From positions 197,508 through 261,507 of the forward strand of contig CAUJCN010000002.1 in assembly GCA_963169855.1 (NCBI GenBank): DNA of 64,000 bases, written 5' to 3'. Below are positions 10,346 through 19,323 of this stretch, one piece after another. How positions within the stretch are numbered: position 1 is the first letter of the stretch; each line of letters starts with the position of its first letter. Source of the stretch: Patescibacteria group bacterium. Its GTDB lineage: Bacteria; Patescibacteriota; Dojkabacteria; J137. The notes under the pieces were generated by a model, which saw only the letters and a program-made list of their open reading frames with translations, was not told where the DNA came from and did not search any database. The translations under genes and the position numbers were made by a program.

Positions 10346-10975
10346 TTAAATATTACAAGAAATAAATTCTTTCCATTGACTAAACCACTGATCAACTGAT
10401 AATTTTGTAAAATCTACTTGAGTTTCTTCAATCTGATTAATTTTGTTGATGAATGAAATTGTATCTTCGGAATTGAGAACTTTTAAATTCTGAGCTAAGA
10501 AGAAATCTTCGATATCTTTTTCAGCTATAGTAGTTGAAGATTTCTCATCTACCGTCTTTTCAACTTCGACAAGGATTTCATCCATATGATGATACGAATC
10601 AATAGTTATGATGAGACCATTTAATTCATACTTTTTTCTAGTTACATACATTGATACAAAGTAGTTGAATCCTAGAGAAGTAAGCATGTTTACAATTTCT
10701 GAAATCTCATCATTCTGAAAATGAATTTCGTTCTCTTTTCTACCAGAACTATCATGCCAATTTCCTTTCTTCACTGTGAATAGGGACTCATTTTTAGTTG
10801 TTCTAATTTTAATATCAAGATCATTGTTAGGATCGGAAGTAAAATCAGAGTTTTGAACTTTTACTAAAGTATATCTTTTAACTTCACTTAATTTCTTACT
10901 ATTCGAATTTAAGTATATAAGAAGCTCATCGTTTTTGGCGTTTGATATCAAAGCACGTTTTTCAACTTCAATCAT
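10346..10975 (-). CDS. CYTH domain protein, paralog 2
   Basis: EVEKR, KIR...FTVKKG...RKENEI, RKKY...ITID...VEVE. Confidence 0.85.
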   Translation of the reverse strand: MIEVEKRALISNAKNDELLIYLNSNSKKLSEVKRYTLVKVQNSDFTSDPNNDLDIKIRTTKNESLFTVKKGNWHDSSGRKENEIHFQNDEISEIVNMLTSLGFNYFVSMYVTRKKYELNGLIITIDSYHHMDEILVEVEKTVDEKSSTTIAEKDIEDFFLAQNLKVLNSEDTISFINKINQIEETQVDFTKLSVDQWFSQWKEFISCNI

Positions 10976-10984
10976 AGTAATATA

Positions 10985-11623
10985 TTAATAAATATGATGT
11001 AACTCCGTATTAAGATTAAGTATTTCAGCAACAATTGAATCCGCTGCTCCAGCAGGATTCTCAATCGAGTTTTCGACTAAATGCTCATAACTAATGTGTT
11101 CCCTTAACTGCTCACTTGCAACATTTAATCTGTGCTCAATGACTGATTCATCTACATCGAATCCTCTATTTCTTGAAAGTATTCTTCTTCTAATTTCTTC
11201 CAATGCTAACTCTATCCCATCATCTTTTAGTAATATTTCATTAGATACAGGACTGATGAAGTATCTCCTTGATGAAATTCCTAGTTCTGATAATAATGCA
11301 TTAAGCTTTACTCCTGATAAAACATCTAGATCTAAAATAGCAGTCTTCCCATCTCGAATAATTTCTATTATATCTATTAACCTTGTACCATAATACCCAT
11401 GTTTGAAATTTGTAAACTCTCCAAACTCTTGTCGTACTAACATCTCTTCAAATTCAATCTGAGATACAAAATTGTATGTAACTCCATTAATCTCATTTTT
11501 CCCAATAGATCTGGATGTATATCGAATTACTTTTGTAACTTTAGAATCAGATTTTTTTATTATTTGGTCAAGTACAGTTCCTTTTCCAACTGTATTTGGT
11601 CCAGAAATTATTACTACATTCAT
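10985..11623 (-). CDS. guanylate kinase-like nucleoside monophosphate kinase
   Basis: P-loop GPNTVGKGT, YTSR....E.NG..YNFVS, YYGT. Confidence 0.9.
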   Translation of the reverse strand: MNVVIISGPNTVGKGTVLDQIIKKSDSKVTKVIRYTSRSIGKNEINGVTYNFVSQIEFEEMLVRQEFGEFTNFKHGYYGTRLIDIIEIIRDGKTAILDLDVLSGVKLNALLSELGISSRRYFISPVSNEILLKDDGIELALEEIRRRILSRNRGFDVDESVIEHRLNVASEQLREHISYEHLVENSIENPAGAADSIVAEILNLNTELHHIY

Positions 11624-11625
11624 AA

Positions 11626-12432
11626 CTAAAAGTTTTCAATAAATGAACACAATTGATTTGGTAAAGCAATTGTAACTTTTGCACTTGCAATAGAGTTTTG
11701 TTTTCTAGCTTCATCTCCACCCAATAGTTTTCTTGTTCTTTTAGAAGTTGCATCCCATAAACGTTCCATTGTTTTATCACTGTAACCCAGAGCTACATCA
11801 GCAAGATGAGCTTCTTCTTGATTATCGTTTAACCTATAAAATAGATGATCGCCCTTCAATTTAGTTCTAATTGCAAGTTCAAATACTGGAGCTTGCCGAG
11901 TTACTGGCATGTATTCCAGTGGGGCGAATGCTACCAACCAGGAAAGTACGTCCTCATCTCCGAGAGGCGTTCTTAAACCAATTGAAACTAAATCACCTAC
12001 AGGCTTTATATGTCCAACTCGGATATTTTTTAAACATACAAGAGAATTAACTATCCGAGAAACTTGTTCTGGAGTCGTTACATCTGGAAAAAGAAAACTA
12101 ATAACTTCGTTATGCGGATCAGCAATTGCTTGCGATATCATTTCGTCTAATTCAGCAAGAGTCTGATCCTCTAAGTTTCTTATAATTTTGCTTTCCCAGC
12201 CAATCTCTTCCTGCTTATATGCAATTGATTGAGCAAAGACACAACCATTTTGACCAGTGTGATGCCAATGTTGCTGTATCATTTTTACAGAGTGATCATT
12301 TTCCCAAACTTCATCTGGTGCTTTAGCGTATCCTTTCCCTAAGCAGTACTCCTCGTAATCGTTTCTCGTAGGAAAACTATCTTCCCCCACAATAAGAGAT
12401 TTAGAAATAACATGGTTTATATTATCTCTCAT
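11626..12432 (-). CDS. hypothetical protein, remote YqcI/YcgG (DcsA/GntA heme-thiolate)-like
   Basis: GCVFA Cys motif and TRQAP.FEL resemble the family's PC..A and R..P motifs; first gene of the operon. Confidence 0.45.
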   Translation of the reverse strand: MRDNINHVISKSLIVGEDSFPTRNDYEEYCLGKGYAKAPDEVWENDHSVKMIQQHWHHTGQNGCVFAQSIAYKQEEIGWESKIIRNLEDQTLAELDEMISQAIADPHNEVISFLFPDVTTPEQVSRIVNSLVCLKNIRVGHIKPVGDLVSIGLRTPLGDEDVLSWLVAFAPLEYMPVTRQAPVFELAIRTKLKGDHLFYRLNDNQEEAHLADVALGYSDKTMERLWDATSKRTRKLLGGDEARKQNSIASAKVTIALPNQLCSFIENF

Positions 12433-12580
12433 AATATTATTAGTAATAATTAAGTAGCTTATGAATTAATGCCTTTTACAACTAAATTCTGTGCGAGTAC
12501 TTTTTTATTAAATGTCCTTTATTATGATTGCGAAAACTCGCCAATTCTCTTTCCCAGCAATACGATAGTGCCAATATTGA

Positions 12581-12609
12581 TTGACATTTTTTGAAGACTA
12601 ATGTAGAAT
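12581..12609 (+). promoter_or_regulatory. sigma70 promoter
   Basis: TTGACA-N17-TAGAAT. Confidence 0.6.
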
Positions 12610-12710
12610 TATGATTGCAAGAAAAACACAGAGAACACTCTGATGTTAATCTTGGTACGAAGCTGATTGGTTTAGACCTCGAAATCAAAAACCAACCAGC
12701 TTTTTTTACA

Positions 12711-12770
12711 TTGACTCTCCATACACACATGTGTATAATTATACAGTTATGTGTAATACCATGTGTATAA
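12711..12770 (+). promoter_or_regulatory. sigma70 promoter overlapped by ATGTGTA repeats (candidate operator)
   Basis: TTGACT-N17-TATAAT; ATGTGTA(T/A) x3; palindrome TGTATAATTATACA. Confidence 0.7.
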
Positions 12771-12839
12771 ATATTACTATTGCAATTGATTTTATGTCAA
12801 GCAATTTTGTCAATTATATTAATCAAATACATTAATTTC

Positions 12840-13439
12840 ATGAAAGTCTTCTTTAGTTGTTCAACAAACGATATCTTAAAACATAGAGAAAATTACGAAA
12901 CAATAGTAAAGACTATCTCAGAAGAAGGTCATGAATTAACAAGAGACTGGCTAAAACGTTCTGTTGACTTAGCTGCAAAGAATGAGCCTGAGTTAAATAG
13001 GGGTAATCACTACTCTTCAGTAATGTCGGCAATAATTGATGCAGACGTCGTTATTTTCGACAGTACTGTAAAAAGTATGAGCATAGGACATCAACTAACT
13101 TTTGCTCTAGACAAATCAAAACCTGCACTACTACTTGCAAATATATCTGATAAAGCGATGGAAGATCTGTTTATCAGCGGTTCGAAATCCTCTTTCCTTA
13201 CAATGAAAAACTACGCAAATGCAAAGGATCTTAAAGCATTAGTCAAAGACTTTTTAACAAAGAGTTCCTCAAAATCAAAAGTCCGATTTCAAATAGTATT
13301 GGACAAGGAACAGAATGACTACCTTGAATGGGCAGCATTTAAATACAAGAAGAACAAAAGTGATATTGTAAAAGTATCTTTGAATAATTCCGCCGAACAA
13401 GACGAAGATTACAACCAAAGACTATCCAATCAACCCTAG
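12840..13439 (+). CDS. NDT-like sensor domain plus C-terminal ribbon-helix-helix-like DNA-binding domain (putative regulator)
   Basis: MKVFFSCS...ADVVIFD...SMSIGHQLTFAL.K.KPALLL (Glu replaced by Gln); C-terminal VRFQIVLD...YLEWAA...KSDIVK; ATG at 12840 preferred over TTG at 12780. Confidence 0.7.
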   Translation: MKVFFSCSTNDILKHRENYETIVKTISEEGHELTRDWLKRSVDLAAKNEPELNRGNHYSSVMSAIIDADVVIFDSTVKSMSIGHQLTFALDKSKPALLLANISDKAMEDLFISGSKSSFLTMKNYANAKDLKALVKDFLTKSSSKSKVRFQIVLDKEQNDYLEWAAFKYKKNKSDIVKVSLNNSAEQDEDYNQRLSNQP

Positions 13440-14030
13440 ATCAATTTCACTCATTGGAATTGGAGGATTTTCCTTGAATACATTAAGCATGATTTCTTTA
13501 TATTCACTCTCGGTATAAGCCTGTAGATTATGTTGTGATAAAAAGTCTTCAATTAATTTTTCTGCATCATCTTCTTGGTCTTTATCTTCCAGTTCAATAT
13601 CGATTTCAAAATGATCTGGTGCTAAACCGCCTTCTTTTAAAGTAATGTTCAGTCCATTGTACGAGTAATCTTCTCTATGATAAAAACGAGGACACCCTTC
13701 AGTTATTTGAAATATTGAGAGGAATTTAAATACTTCATCAAGATCTGATTTAGTAAAATCCATACTACTTTCAATACGTTTTCCAGATTCCATTCTTCCA
13801 GTTTTACTTTTCAGTTTGCATTTAATAGTATGATTAATTTTATCTTTTGAAATTGATACATTTATGGAAGCTTTTGTATTCTCTATATCACCTAAGAATG
13901 GATTGTTGAACTCGATAAAAATATTTAATTGATTACAATCATTTACCAAAGTTGCATTCTTCTGCAAAAAGTTCCTTAGTTTTAGCTTGTTTTGAGGATC
14001 TAACCTGCCTCTTTTTTCAATTTCGATCAT
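13422..14030 (-). CDS. CYTH-like protein, paralog 3
   Basis: MIEIEKRG, GCPRFYHREDY, DHFEIDIELED, ENPPI shared with 3445..4035. Confidence 0.75.
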   Translation of the reverse strand: MIEIEKRGRLDPQNKLKLRNFLQKNATLVNDCNQLNIFIEFNNPFLGDIENTKASINVSISKDKINHTIKCKLKSKTGRMESGKRIESSMDFTKSDLDEVFKFLSIFQITEGCPRFYHREDYSYNGLNITLKEGGLAPDHFEIDIELEDKDQEDDAEKLIEDFLSQHNLQAYTESEYKEIMLNVFKENPPIPMSEIDLGLIG

Positions 14031-14035
14031 AGGGC

Positions 14036-15004
14036 TTAACCTTGTAAGTAGGATTCTTCTGAAATATGCACAATTTTACTATCCATAAATTTATCTGCAA
14101 TCTTTTTTGAGAAACCATGTCCCATCCAAATTGTCGGTTTACATTCGATTTTAGTTCTGATTAGTTTCCCTGAATTCATTGTATCAGTACCTTCGATAGA
14201 TTTTCTTGTAACATAGTTTCCATCGAAATAGATTGGCAAAAAAGGAACCGTAGCAAAGGTATAAAATGAGGATCCTTTAAAGATTGAACCATAAAATAAA
14301 ATATTTGGATTGACCGCTGATATTATTCCTGTGTAAGTTTCTTTAAACTTCTGCACAATGAACTGCGCGCCTAAACTAAATAATAATGACATCGCGTTCA
14401 CAGGCGCACCATTAATATTGTATGCTCGAGTTAAAACTAGCATTTTTTCCATTTCTACATCAAAGGGAAGTGCTTTCTGCAAATAAATTCTATCTAATTT
14501 TGAGTAAGCAGAATATGCGAATGGAAATTGCTCACCTTTTCTAAAAAGTCCCAGATGTATAAGAGTATCTTCTCGTCTTTTACCAATATAGTGAAGGTTC
14601 TCTTGAATTGCAAAACCAATCTCGGGATCTACTTCTTTAAATTCAATTTCTAGTTCTTTACCCTGTATGTCAACTTCGATTATCTTTCCATGATTATGTT
14701 TAACTTTTGATAACTTATCGGTAGAGCTTGTTACTAAATGCTTTAAACCTTTAGGCAAACTATTGATTTTCTTTCCTAATATAAGAGCCAACCTTTTCGC
14801 CTCAAGATAAGGTGTCTGAAATTCCACATTTCCATCAGTATAGATTTCTTCAAGTGAAAATTTAGGGATGTGCAATGCAAGAGCAGTTTTTAGATAACCT
14901 GCTGGAATACTGTGCTTTTTTTCTAGATCGATAATTCTATCCCTCAGCACATCTGTAATTTCTTTTACAATCAGATTGGGACTAAAGATATCTTCTGTTG
15001 ACAT
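14036..15004 (-). CDS. Mom/DUF4338-like GNAT-fold nucleic-acid modification protein
   Basis: LHYIG, LVLTRAY....APVNAMSLL, ISAVNPN...GSIFKGSSF resemble Mom-family HY.., L.R...AP.N..S, SY.D...G.IY.A..F. Confidence 0.6.
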   Translation of the reverse strand: MSTEDIFSPNLIVKEITDVLRDRIIDLEKKHSIPAGYLKTALALHIPKFSLEEIYTDGNVEFQTPYLEAKRLALILGKKINSLPKGLKHLVTSSTDKLSKVKHNHGKIIEVDIQGKELEIEFKEVDPEIGFAIQENLHYIGKRREDTLIHLGLFRKGEQFPFAYSAYSKLDRIYLQKALPFDVEMEKMLVLTRAYNINGAPVNAMSLLFSLGAQFIVQKFKETYTGIISAVNPNILFYGSIFKGSSFYTFATVPFLPIYFDGNYVTRKSIEGTDTMNSGKLIRTKIECKPTIWMGHGFSKKIADKFMDSKIVHISEESYLQG

Positions 15005-15048
15005 TAGCTCGTGTTATACACGGGAAGTATATCATTAATGGACTAAAG

Positions 15049-15080
15049 CAAAAAGCCCTGTCATCCGACTGGGCTTTTTG
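15049..15080. terminator. hairpin terminator downstream of tRNA-Glu
   Basis: CAAAAAGCCC-T-GTC-ATCC-GAC-T-GGGCTTTTTG. Confidence 0.75.
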
Positions 15081-15082
15081 TA

Positions 15083-15154
15083 TGACCTCACGGAGAATCG
15101 AACTCCGATTAGCAGATTGAGAATCTGCTGTCCTAACCGTTAGACGATGAGGCC
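15083..15154 (-). tRNA. tRNA-Glu(CTC)
   Basis: cloverleaf GGCCTCA...GCAGA-TTCTCAA-TCTGC...CGGAG-TTCGATT-CTCCG-TGAGGTC-A; CCA not encoded. Confidence 0.97.
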
Positions 15155-15261
15155 AATTGCAGCCTTCGACTGAAAATTCAAACAAATGAAAGATCCAAGT
15201 TCGAGATTTCAGTTCCATGGCTCGCAATTATATCACGTAGTAATTAAGCTTTGTGTATAAC

Positions 15262-15285
15262 AAAAAACTCCCTTTCGGGAGTTTT
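15262..15285 (-). terminator. rho-independent terminator of nusA
   Basis: AAAACTCCC-GAAA-GGGAGTTTTTT. Confidence 0.85.
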
Positions 15286-15306
15286 CAAAATTCAACTTAA
15301 ATTCAA

Positions 15307-16443
15307 TTATTCTACAGCACCCTCTGCTACTACAGTTGGCTCTTCAGCTACAACTTCTGCTTCTGGTTTAGCTCTTCCAGCTGCTTCTGATTCTCCTTTA
15401 ATTTCAATTGACCATCCAGTCAATTTGCTTGCCAATCTTACGTTCTGGCCATCTCTTCCGATTGCCAATGATTCTTTAGTATCTGGAACAACTATAATAG
15501 CTTGCTTTTCTTCTTCGCTTACAATCTTCACTTCGATAGCTTCTGCAGGACTAATAGAGTTCATTAAGAATTTCTCTCTGTCTTCTGCCCATGGAATAAT
15601 GTCAATTTTTTCTTCGAATGCTCCAGCTTTTAGTTCATTAGAAATTGCATTAATTCTAATTCCCTTTTGTCCAACGCATGATCCAATTGGGTCAACACCT
15701 TGTGCCAATGATCTAACAGCTACTTTTGATCTTGATCCAGGTTCTCTTGCAATGCTTACAATTTCAACTGTTCCAGATTCAATTTCAGGAACTTCCATCT
15801 TGAATAATCCGTGTAAGAATTCAGGATCAGCTCTAGAAACTAATAAGTATTTGTTTCCACTTTCTTCCTCTATAATTTCTTTTAACAATACTTTGATATT
15901 GCTTCCTAATTTGTAGAATTCTCCGTTAATCTTCTCTTCCTTAGGCATTACTGCTTTAGCTCTATTGATTTCGCAGATAACATCTCCAGTTTGTGTAACT
16001 TTCTGAACGAATACAGTAACAACTTCTCCAACCTTGTCCTGAACTTGTCTGATTGCTGCATCTTTCTCAGCTTCTCTTAATCTCTGAACAATGATCTGTC
16101 TTGCTGTTTGAGCTGCAATTCTTCCGAAGTCTCCTTTTGGAGTAATATCAACTAATACAAAATCTCCTAGTTTTAATGATTTATCTGTCTTCTTAGCAGC
16201 TTCTAAACTGATCTCGATACTTTCATCCTCTACAGTAGCCACCACTTCTTTTTCAGCAAAAACCTGAATATTTCCTTCTTCTGGGTTGATTTCAACTTTT
16301 AATCTATCTTGATCTCCAAAACCGTATTCTGCTTTATATGTAGAAGCTACAGCTTCTTTCACTGCATTAATGATCTCATCGGCATCTATCTTTCTTTCAG
16401 CTGCAATTTGTCTAATTGCTGATATAAAATCTGATTGTGACAT
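15307..16443 (-). CDS. nusA: transcription termination factor NusA
   Basis: FGRIAAQTARQ, SRADP, AREPGSRSKVAV, AIGRDGQNVRLASKLTGW. Confidence 0.98.
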   Translation of the reverse strand: MSQSDFISAIRQIAAERKIDADEIINAVKEAVASTYKAEYGFGDQDRLKVEINPEEGNIQVFAEKEVVATVEDESIEISLEAAKKTDKSLKLGDFVLVDITPKGDFGRIAAQTARQIIVQRLREAEKDAAIRQVQDKVGEVVTVFVQKVTQTGDVICEINRAKAVMPKEEKINGEFYKLGSNIKVLLKEIIEEESGNKYLLVSRADPEFLHGLFKMEVPEIESGTVEIVSIAREPGSRSKVAVRSLAQGVDPIGSCVGQKGIRINAISNELKAGAFEEKIDIIPWAEDREKFLMNSISPAEAIEVKIVSEEEKQAIIVVPDTKESLAIGRDGQNVRLASKLTGWSIEIKGESEAAGRAKPEAEVVAEEPTVVAEGAVE

Positions 16444-16553
16444 AAGTGTTTTCTAAAACTTAAACATCGAATTATATCACAAGGGATTGGCTATTTCTAA
16501 TTGTATAAGCTAAAATAAAATAGCAACCGGAGACTTCCGGAACCCAAATTTTT

Positions 16554-17006
16554 ATGAATATAGAAGAAGATAATTTTGAACTCCAAAATGTTGTATTGCC
16601 TGGTCAAATGGGTTTTGATTTTGGAAATCGAAGAACTATCAATAAGCTAATAGGGCAAATCGAATATTTCCCAATTTCTAGAACTTTTGCCTTTATCTTA
16701 GCAGTAGTCTCTTCTATCCTAACAAATTTAGGTATTTTCGCCTATTTGTTGTTCAAAATTGGAGAGTTACCAGAGAAAATGCCATTGATCTACAACTATA
16801 TCGAGAAAATCTGGGTCCAGATTGACAAATTCTTACTAGTTATTGTGCCGTTTATAGTTCTAGCAATTGAGATTTCGGTGATTTTTTATTGTATACGAGT
16901 CAGTTTCATAGATAGAAGGTTATCTATTATAGCTTTGGGAATAGTATCATTATTCAATATTTTGATAATAATCAGTGCTATTCAAATTTTTAGCCTTGTT
17001 TCCTAA
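16554..17006 (+). CDS. membrane protein (DUF1648-like)
   Basis: 3 TM segments, LPEKMPLIY. Confidence 0.6.
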   Translation: MNIEEDNFELQNVVLPGQMGFDFGNRRTINKLIGQIEYFPISRTFAFILAVVSSILTNLGIFAYLLFKIGELPEKMPLIYNYIEKIWVQIDKFLLVIVPFIVLAIEISVIFYCIRVSFIDRRLSIIALGIVSLFNILIIISAIQIFSLVS

Positions 17007-18268
17007 TGAACGAAATCCTAATTCAAAACTTATCCAACTTGCTTTTTCTTACTCTAGTAGCTTTTTTGATTACATTCTTTGTTACACCGTTAGTTGGGAG
17101 ATTAGCTAAATTTGTTGGTGCAATAGATCTACCTGCTTCACTCAGAAATCGAACAGAAAGAGGTCTTACATCCAGAGTCCACTCATATCCTTACCCCAAA
17201 TTAGGTGGACTAGCTATGGTTATTTCCATGTCTATATTGCTTTTGTTCTTTGTTTTAAGGTCTTCGAACTACTCATCTTTATCAAATTATCTTGGAGTTT
17301 TCATAGGGCTGGGAATTATTATCCTTCTTGGTTTTATGGACGATATTTTTGAGATATCGGCAGCGGCTCAGCTTGGACTTCAGTTCCTTGCTGCCTTTTG
17401 TGTAGTTATTTCAGGAATTTCTATTAATTCGATATCATTGTTTGGCTTCCAGATTGATTTCCAATGGTTCAATGTGATGATTCAGGCAGGTGATTTTAGC
17501 TTTAGTTTAATTTTCCCCGCGGCTATCCTTACGGTTCTTTGGATAGTTGGACTTATAAATGTCATTAACTGGGTTGGTGGCGTTGATGCTTTAAACGCAA
17601 CTGTTACTAGTATCGCATTAATAACATTGTTGATTTTAGTTACTTCAGCAAACAACTTACCTTTAGCAGCTTTAATTTCTGTTCATTTAGGTTCTGTGTT
17701 GGGAGTTTTACCTTTCAATTATAATCCTGGGAAAATCATGTATGGTTCGATTGGAGACTATTTGAACGGCTATCTACTGTCAATTTTCGCAATACTTGGA
17801 GGTGCCAGGTGGTCTGCAACACTGCTTATCTTGGCTTTACCTATAATGGATGGACTTTATGTTGTTTACACAAGACTGAGGGATCACCCTGAATTAAGAA
17901 GCAAGCCTTGGAAAATTTTTGGAGTCAGCGGTTACAACCATTTTCATCATAGACTCTTGGCGAGCGGATATTCAAAGAAACTTGTAGTGCTGATCGAGGG
18001 AGCAATTATGGCAGTTGTAGCTGCAGTTATATTATTATTCAGTGATTTGAAATTTGAGTATGTAGCTTTGATTATAGTTGGTGTAATTATGCTTGCAGTG
18101 TTTGCTCTTTCTTCTTACCAAAAGAAACGCGCTGAACTTCAAAATAGAGTAAAACTTGCTTCTAATCTAGTAGACGAAGAACAAAAGGCAGGGAAAAAGA
18201 AAGGTGACGTTGTTGTAAATACAATCTACAAAGACAAAGATGCTGACCAAGAAAAGTTTATATACTAA
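17006..18268 (+). CDS. MraY/WecA-family polyprenyl-phosphate sugar-1-phosphate transferase
   Basis: PKLGGLA, GFMDD, NVINWVGGVDAL, FNYNPGKIMYG, HFHHRLL. Confidence 0.9.
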   Translation: MNEILIQNLSNLLFLTLVAFLITFFVTPLVGRLAKFVGAIDLPASLRNRTERGLTSRVHSYPYPKLGGLAMVISMSILLLFFVLRSSNYSSLSNYLGVFIGLGIIILLGFMDDIFEISAAAQLGLQFLAAFCVVISGISINSISLFGFQIDFQWFNVMIQAGDFSFSLIFPAAILTVLWIVGLINVINWVGGVDALNATVTSIALITLLILVTSANNLPLAALISVHLGSVLGVLPFNYNPGKIMYGSIGDYLNGYLLSIFAILGGARWSATLLILALPIMDGLYVVYTRLRDHPELRSKPWKIFGVSGYNHFHHRLLASGYSKKLVVLIEGAIMAVVAAVILLFSDLKFEYVALIIVGVIMLAVFALSSYQKKRAELQNRVKLASNLVDEEQKAGKKKGDVVVNTIYKDKDADQEKFIY

Positions 18269-18312
18269 AAAAGAGCTTCTTTCGAAACTCCTTTTCTGCG
18301 TTTGAGTATCTC

Positions 18313-19230
18313 TTACTTACTTACATCGTTTATTCGATTCCCTGTGATAATAGCTTCTCTAATTTGAGCTGAGATATCACTTATCGCTCCCGGTGAATGA
18401 GGTAATAGTATTGTATTAGTATGACCTGATTGACCCATCTCCTTTAGTGTGTCGAAATACTGAGTAACTAGAACTAAATTCATAACATCCTGTGCTGTTG
18501 AACCTTGAATGCTGTTTTTAAAGTCTTCTACTGAATCTTTAAGACCTTCAATAATAGCTTTCCTCTGATCAGCAATACCTTTTCCTTGTAATGCTTTTGA
18601 TTGAGCATCAGCTTCAGCAGATTTTACTTTTAAAATTCTATCTGCTTCTCCTTTTTCGCTAGCAGCTACTCTCATTCTTTGTGCTGCGTTAATTTCGTTC
18701 ATAGCTTCTTTTACTTTTTTGTCTGGTTCAATATCTGTTACCAAAGCATTTAAAATTGCGAATCCAAAGCTGTTCATTGTTTCATTCAATTCTTCCTTAA
18801 CTGCAATAGCGATTTCGTCTTTCTTTTCGAATAAATCGTCTAGATTGATTGAAGGAACTCTTGCTCTAACAACATCAAAAACATACGAATTGATCTGTCT
18901 GTCTGGACTATTCAATTTATAGTAAGCATCATATACTTTATCCGATAGTACATAGTACTGAACAGAAATAATAACGTTTACGAAAACGTTGTCCTTAGTT
19001 TTTGTTTCTGCTTTCATATCAAGCTGCATAACCCTTAAAGATAGTTTTCCAGCTATTCGTTGTACTAGAGGGATTTTGAAATGTAATCCTGGATTAGCAA
19101 TATACGAGAATTTACCGAAAGTCTCAACAATGAAAACACTTTGCTGCTCTACAATAAAGAACGTTAGAAAAAATATTATTACAGCCAATGGTAGTAAGCA
19201 GAATAAACATACAATGATGAATACTTCCAT
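18313..19230 (-). CDS. SPFH/band 7 domain protein
   Basis: ETKTKDNVFV, FDVVRA.VP, AMNEINAAQR, TQYFDTL; ATG at 19230 preferred. Confidence 0.95.
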   Translation of the reverse strand: MEVFIIVCLFCLLPLAVIIFFLTFFIVEQQSVFIVETFGKFSYIANPGLHFKIPLVQRIAGKLSLRVMQLDMKAETKTKDNVFVNVIISVQYYVLSDKVYDAYYKLNSPDRQINSYVFDVVRARVPSINLDDLFEKKDEIAIAVKEELNETMNSFGFAILNALVTDIEPDKKVKEAMNEINAAQRMRVAASEKGEADRILKVKSAEADAQSKALQGKGIADQRKAIIEGLKDSVEDFKNSIQGSTAQDVMNLVLVTQYFDTLKEMGQSGHTNTILLPHSPGAISDISAQIREAIITGNRINDVSK

Positions 19231-19323
19231 AATCTTAGTTAATAAATTATAGGACAATTGTACCATAACAGGACTCGAGCCTAGATAGACACCTAAATTC
19301 ATTAGTGGTATTTTGATAGTAAT

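Noticed and set aside
12482-12730. 82-aa ORF in the divergent intergenic region
   Set aside because: Overlaps promoters and operator repeats, with non-protein-like composition.
3007-15154. Integrative element/prophage at tRNA-Glu
   Set aside because: No integrase, phage genes or duplicated tRNA 3' end (att) found by eye; only accessory-like content is supported.
14982-15227. 81-aa ORF
   Set aside because: Overlaps tRNA-Glu and its terminator; spurious.
15251-15916. 221-aa plus-strand ORF (and similar shadow ORFs such as 20196..20798 and 32814..33299)
   Set aside because: Antisense shadows of well-supported genes (nusA, transglutaminase-like, yhaM).
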